From positions 32,001 to 96,000 of the forward strand of contig CAVUWV010000032.1 of NCBI GenBank assembly GCA_963745075.1: DNA of 64,000 nucleotides. The letters run 5' to 3'. The number at the start of each line of letters is the position of its first letter. Position 1 is the first letter of the stretch. The DNA comes from Candidatus Hydrogenedentota bacterium (GTDB lineage: Bacteria > Hydrogenedentota > Hydrogenedentia > Hydrogenedentales > SLHB01). This document shows positions 59,803 to 64,000 of this stretch, piece by piece. The translations under genes were made by a program, and so were the position numbers. The notes beneath the pieces were generated by a model. That model saw only the letters and a program-made list of their open reading frames with translations. It was not told the origin of the DNA and made no database searches.

Positions 59803-60246
59803 ATGTCGATCTGGTGCTCTCAAGAGGTCTCGACTGAGTCGCTCAACGCCATGAACCCCGGATCCATTCTGGAGGTGTTGGGCATTGCGTTTACAGGGGT
59901 GGGGGAAGACTTTCTGGAGGCGACGATGCCGGTGGATCATCGGACGGTGCAACCGCTCGGATTGTTGCACGGCGGTGCGAGCGTTGTGTTGGCGGAATCC
60001 TTGGGAAGTGTTGCATCGTACCTCAGCATCGACACCGAGCGGTTTTCGTGCGTGGGGCTGGAGGTCAATGCCAACCATATCCGCGCGGTGCGCGACGGCG
60101 TCGTAACGGGCCGGGTCACGCCGGTTCACCTGGGTCGCTCAACGCATATCTGGGAAATCCGCATCGTTGACGAGCAGGACCGCCTCGTGTCCATCTGTCG
60201 GCTGACCATGGCGATCCTGCCGGCAAGCGCGCAACCTTCAGTCTGA
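59803..60246 (+). CDS. Hotdog-fold (PaaI/MenI/YdiI-like) thioesterase
   Basis: MPVDHRTVQPLGLLHGGASVVLAES, VGLEVNANHIR. Confidence 0.93.
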   Translation: MSIWCSQEVSTESLNAMNPGSILEVLGIAFTGVGEDFLEATMPVDHRTVQPLGLLHGGASVVLAESLGSVASYLSIDTERFSCVGLEVNANHIRAVRDGVVTGRVTPVHLGRSTHIWEIRIVDEQDRLVSICRLTMAILPASAQPSV

Positions 60247-60265
60247 TTTCAACCGCGTCCGTCGC

Positions 60266-61588
60266 TTACAGGTGCCACGGCGCCCGCATGGGCCGGGTCA
60301 GCCGGGCATTGGCCTCGTCGTTATCAATGAACCGCTCGGCCAAGGTGTCCCACTTCACCTTTCGTTGCAGGCGGATCGCGATATCCGAGATATGGCACGC
60401 GATATCGCTTTGCACGGCCGATTCGATGGGGCTGACGGGGTCCTTGCGCGACCGCACGGAATCCAGGAAATTGCGAATGTGGTGATTGCTCTCCGGCAAT
60501 CGGATCATGCCCGTGTTTGCATACTCCGTCGCAATGGACTCGGGACCGGACTTGATATGGCGCCGATCGACGATGACCCAACCGTTCGTTCCTTCGAAGG
60601 CGGTCCCGTGGCCGGTTACCTCGCCGTAGCGTTGCGCCCATTCCTCGGGCGCCGGTTCGGCACGGTAATCGATGGTCAGCCCGCTATCGTATGAGAGCGC
60701 GATCTTCCAGCCGGTGGCCGTGTCGCAGACGCCTTCCGTCGGAAACGTGCCCGTGCCTTCCACCGTCACCGGCGTCTGGGCCATGCTGCCGGCGCCCCAC
60801 AGCGCGATGTCCATGGGGTGAATGCCCCAGCCGGCGATGAAGCCGAGGGCGTAGTCTGAAATGAACCACCACCACTTGTTCGTCTCGCGATCGATCGTGT
60901 ACGGCACCTTGGGTGCAGGACCCAGCCACCGGTCGTAGTCCAGCGTCTCGGGAACGGGTCCCTGTTCCGTTGGGCCCCCGGCGACGCTGGCGGGGGACCA
61001 GACGTTGATCGTGTGCAGTTTGCCGATGCCGCCGTTGCGGACGATTTCGCAGGCTTTCCGGAACTTTTCGTCGGACCGCTGTTGCGTGCCGAGCTGGAAG
61101 ATCCGCCCGTGGTCGCGCACGGCCTTCCGCAACACCTGATCCTGTTCGACGGTAAGCCCGAGGGGTTTTTCGACGTACACGTCCCGGCCGGACCGTACGG
61201 CGGCCAGGGCGAGCAACACGTGCCAGTGATCGCAGGATGCCACCACGCACGCGTCGATATCGTCGCGCCCGAGCAAATCTTCAAAATTGTTGTAGGCAGT
61301 ACAGTCCTGGTTGTCGTAGGTGTCGTTGATCAACTTGACGGCCGCATCGCGGCGATCCCGTTTCACATCGCACATGGCCACCACGTGGGCGTCGGGTTGT
61401 TGCAACGTTGCGCCCAGGAGGTACGTCCCCCGATCGCCGACACCAAGACAGCCCACGGTTATCCGTTCACTTGGAGGGGTTTGCCCGTTCAGCCCCAACA
61501 CGGACGACGGCACGATCAGCGGGGCCGCCCCCGCGGCCAGCGAACGTTTCAGGAAACTGCGTCGAGAGACTCCTCGATTCGAATTCAT
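60266..61588 (-). CDS. Tat-exported Gfo/Idh/MocA family oxidoreductase
   Basis: SRRSFLK, LGVGDRG, DHWH, DVYVEKP, GTQQRS, WLGPAP, WGIHPMD. Confidence 0.93.
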   Translation of the reverse strand: MNSNRGVSRRSFLKRSLAAGAAPLIVPSSVLGLNGQTPPSERITVGCLGVGDRGTYLLGATLQQPDAHVVAMCDVKRDRRDAAVKLINDTYDNQDCTAYNNFEDLLGRDDIDACVVASCDHWHVLLALAAVRSGRDVYVEKPLGLTVEQDQVLRKAVRDHGRIFQLGTQQRSDEKFRKACEIVRNGGIGKLHTINVWSPASVAGGPTEQGPVPETLDYDRWLGPAPKVPYTIDRETNKWWWFISDYALGFIAGWGIHPMDIALWGAGSMAQTPVTVEGTGTFPTEGVCDTATGWKIALSYDSGLTIDYRAEPAPEEWAQRYGEVTGHGTAFEGTNGWVIVDRRHIKSGPESIATEYANTGMIRLPESNHHIRNFLDSVRSRKDPVSPIESAVQSDIACHISDIAIRLQRKVKWDTLAERFIDNDEANARLTRPMRAPWHL

Positions 61589-61746
61589 GGTTTATCCCCC
61601 ATTCAACGCGAAACGATGAAAACACCACTCCGCTATCCGGCGTTCAACTAAGCCGCACGCCCACCTCAGTATACCCCCCGCTCCCCGTCGAACCTAACGT
61701 GGAAGTGGTGAACGGAATTCACAACTCCAACTGTAGTCCCGGACGC

Positions 61747-62697
61747 CTACGCGTCGTTCTTGCTCCAGACCTGGCGATCGATCATCCCGATGTATTCCGA
61801 CCAAGCCTGGCCCTTGTCGCGGGTCTCGGCAACGAGCCTGGTGAACGCGTCGGTCTGCGCGTCGAGGTTGTCGAGGTGATACAGCACCAGGGCTTCCAGC
61901 GTCTTGGGCACGACGGGCGAGCCGTTGACTATTTCGCCGTGGTGTGAGAGCACGCAGTGGAGCACTTGCAGGCGCAGGGTCTCCGGAAACCCGGAAATCG
62001 CGTCGATTTTGCGCTGCACCATTTCGGTCCCGATGGCCAAATGACCGAGCAGCTTGCCGGGCGTCGTGTAATCCACGAACATTTCCTGGCTGAGTTCCTC
62101 GATTTTGCCGATATCGTGGACCAGCACGCCGGTCAACAGCACGTCGCGATCGACTTGGGGAAAGATTTCACATGCCGCCATGGCGAGACGGGCGATCTCC
62201 GTGCAATGCTGCACCAGCCCGCCGCGATACGCGTGGTGCCATTTCTTGCCCGCCGCGGCGCCGGAGAACTTTTTCACGAATTCCTGGTCGGCGAAAAACG
62301 CGTCCATGAGCTTCCGGAGCCATTCGTTCTGCACGTTGCCCAAGATGGACTGGAATTCCGCGAGAACGCTCGTCGTGTCTTCCGGCGTGAAAACCAGGTC
62401 TTCGAGATTGTATTCCTCTTCCCGCATAGGCAGGACCTGATCGACGCGGATCTGGAGGCGATCCTGATAACTGGTAATGGAACCTCGAACATTGACCACG
62501 TCGCCAATCTCAAAGAGTCGCGCCACCGACGCCGCGTTGTTCCACAGAATGCCGCCGATCTCGCCGGTCTTGTCCTTGAAGACCATGCCCAGGAATTTGC
62601 CGCCTTTCTGCTGATCGCGGAGATCCTTGCGCGTGGCGACGAAGTAATCGTTAACCGTATCGCCCTCTTGGAGCGTTTCCACATATTGTCTTTTCAT
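61747..62697 (-). CDS. yhaM: 3'-5' exoribonuclease YhaM family (OB fold plus HD)
   Basis: DKTGEI OB fold, HHAYRGGLVQH, HDIGK, LLGH, LSHHG, PKTLEA, DNLDA. Confidence 0.9.
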   Translation of the reverse strand: MKRQYVETLQEGDTVNDYFVATRKDLRDQQKGGKFLGMVFKDKTGEIGGILWNNAASVARLFEIGDVVNVRGSITSYQDRLQIRVDQVLPMREEEYNLEDLVFTPEDTTSVLAEFQSILGNVQNEWLRKLMDAFFADQEFVKKFSGAAAGKKWHHAYRGGLVQHCTEIARLAMAACEIFPQVDRDVLLTGVLVHDIGKIEELSQEMFVDYTTPGKLLGHLAIGTEMVQRKIDAISGFPETLRLQVLHCVLSHHGEIVNGSPVVPKTLEALVLYHLDNLDAQTDAFTRLVAETRDKGQAWSEYIGMIDRQVWSKNDA

Positions 62698-62858
62698 GTA
62701 TACCCCTTTGTTTAGAGAAGGCTAGAGTATCGGGCATTGGCGGGATCATGCAAGCGGAAAAGTGAATCAGGAATACGGCCGGGACGGTGGCAAAAACAGA
62801 TTCAGGAGAAGTAGCCGTCCGGCGGCGCGATCCGGCGATCCGAAAGACCTGTCGTCCA

Positions 62859-63712
62859 TCAACCTTCGCCCGGGCCCGAGGTATCGGTTTTCTCAGCCGG
62901 TTTTGGATTCTCCGCAGCGCCTTCGGGGGAAGGCTCGCCTTCTTCGGGAGCCAACGTCATGGAGTCCACCACGCTGAAGAAGAACATACGCGGTTCGTCT
63001 TCCGCATTGACACCATCCAACGCGCCCCAGTGGGCCGCGTAGGCGCCCGTTTCGAGGGGTTGTGAAGGACGAACGCGCACCAGCAGCCCCTCCGGCGCGT
63101 CGACCGGCTCCATGACCACGGGGATATTCTCCCGGGTAGCCACGCGGAGATCGTTGCGTCCTGCGCGTCACCGGATTTCGGCAAGGCTTCGGTCAGATTC
63201 ATCTGATACAGTTTGCACCCATAGATCGGCATTTTGTAACAGAGAATCAGTGGTTCATGATTGGTCGTTTCGACCTTGGGCCAACGTGTCGTCCCATAGG
63301 CCGTCGCTTGATCGGCCAGTGACCGGAATTCGGATGGCGGGATGAAATCGGTGCGCCGGTATTTGTGGTCTTCGTACAAATACACACCTTTACCGTCCGG
63401 CAGACGCCACAGCACCACGGGTGTCGCTTCCACGTTACGCAACCCGTTTACGGTAAGCACCAGCATGCCCGGCGCGTAACCGGTTTTGGCGTAGTACAAG
63501 GACAATTCGCCGGGCTGGTATTTGACGCGATACCGCCCATGCGCGTCGCTCAATCCCTGGTACGGCGTGCCACGGACTTCCACGGCAACGCCCGGCAAGG
63601 TTTCGCCCGCCACGTCCAAGACGGTGCCCTCGATAAATCCCGCGCCACAGCCGGACAAAACGACGCCACCGGCGAGGGCGCAAAGGACTGGTATAAACGT
63701 GCGAAAATTCAT
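62859..63712 (-). CDS. Lipoprotein with carboxypeptidase-regulatory-like domain, probable frameshift near 63135
   Basis: LSGC lipobox; IEGTVLDVAGETLPGVAV...DAHGRY; reading appears to continue in ORF 62859..63143 (ENIPVVMEPVD...LETGAYAAHWG). Confidence 0.7.
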
Positions 63713-63779
63713 GTGTACCTGTTCAATCCGCTGGGCGATGTCAAAGTTCCAGAAAAGCAGAACGGCGTGTGTGAGTCTT

Positions 63780-64000
63780 TCAATTTGACGGGGCCGGAGT
63801 CAAGGCTTCCGGAACATCGAGTCTACGAAAAATATGATAGGCCTTACCGTCAGGCGCGCGTTCATACACCCACACATCCACGCGCGGGGCCGCTTGCTGC
63901 AAATCAACTGTGTGCGTCCACTCCTCGTCGGATTCGAGAATGCGGCTCATCGTCAACGGCACGTTGAGCGAGGACCCCGGATCGTTGCGCTGCAATGCGA
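63780..64000 (-). CDS. C-terminal end of a hypothetical protein entering from beyond the window
   Basis: Open frame from the window edge to TGA at 63780 (..WTHTVDL..VDVWVYERAPDGKAYHIFRRLDVP..), co-oriented with the downstream lipoprotein gene. Confidence 0.5.
   Translation of the reverse strand, partial: ALQRNDPGSSLNVPLTMSRILESDEEWTHTVDLQQAAPRVDVWVYERAPDGKAYHIFRRLDVPEALTPAPSN

Overview
GC-rich bacterial chromosomal window from a diderm (lolC/E-lolD, lptF/lptG-like pair, many Tat-type signal peptides). My impression is a Hydrogenedentes/PVC-like lineage, but this is unverified. Core genes: rpsB-tsf-pyrH-frr-uppS-cdsA-prfB-lysS-lolC/E-lolD, a stand-alone rplJ-rplL operon with an L10 leader and attenuator-like hairpin, glnE, fumC and yhaM. 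Accessory genes: glycoside hydrolases (GH31, GH29, GH117-like), a sulfatase, Tat-exported Gfo/Idh/MocA oxidoreductases, two two-component systems, a REC-GGDEF protein, a DUF1800/DUF1501 pair, an addiction module with a decayed toxin, and a DUF2723/TMEM260-like glycosyltransferase. I found no rRNA, tRNA, CRISPR array, transposase or integrase. Several genes carry single-base frameshifts that are probably sequencing indels. Most interesting: (1) a histidine kinase whose sensor region contains a copy of the PepSY-like repeat of the co-encoded secreted protein, with an 11-bp-period operator-like repeat upstream; (2) two tandem paralogous Zn-ribbon/membrane/extracytoplasmic-repeat proteins near the TMEM260-like gene; (3) several families of REP/REPIN/MITE-like non-coding elements, some inserted inside core operons.
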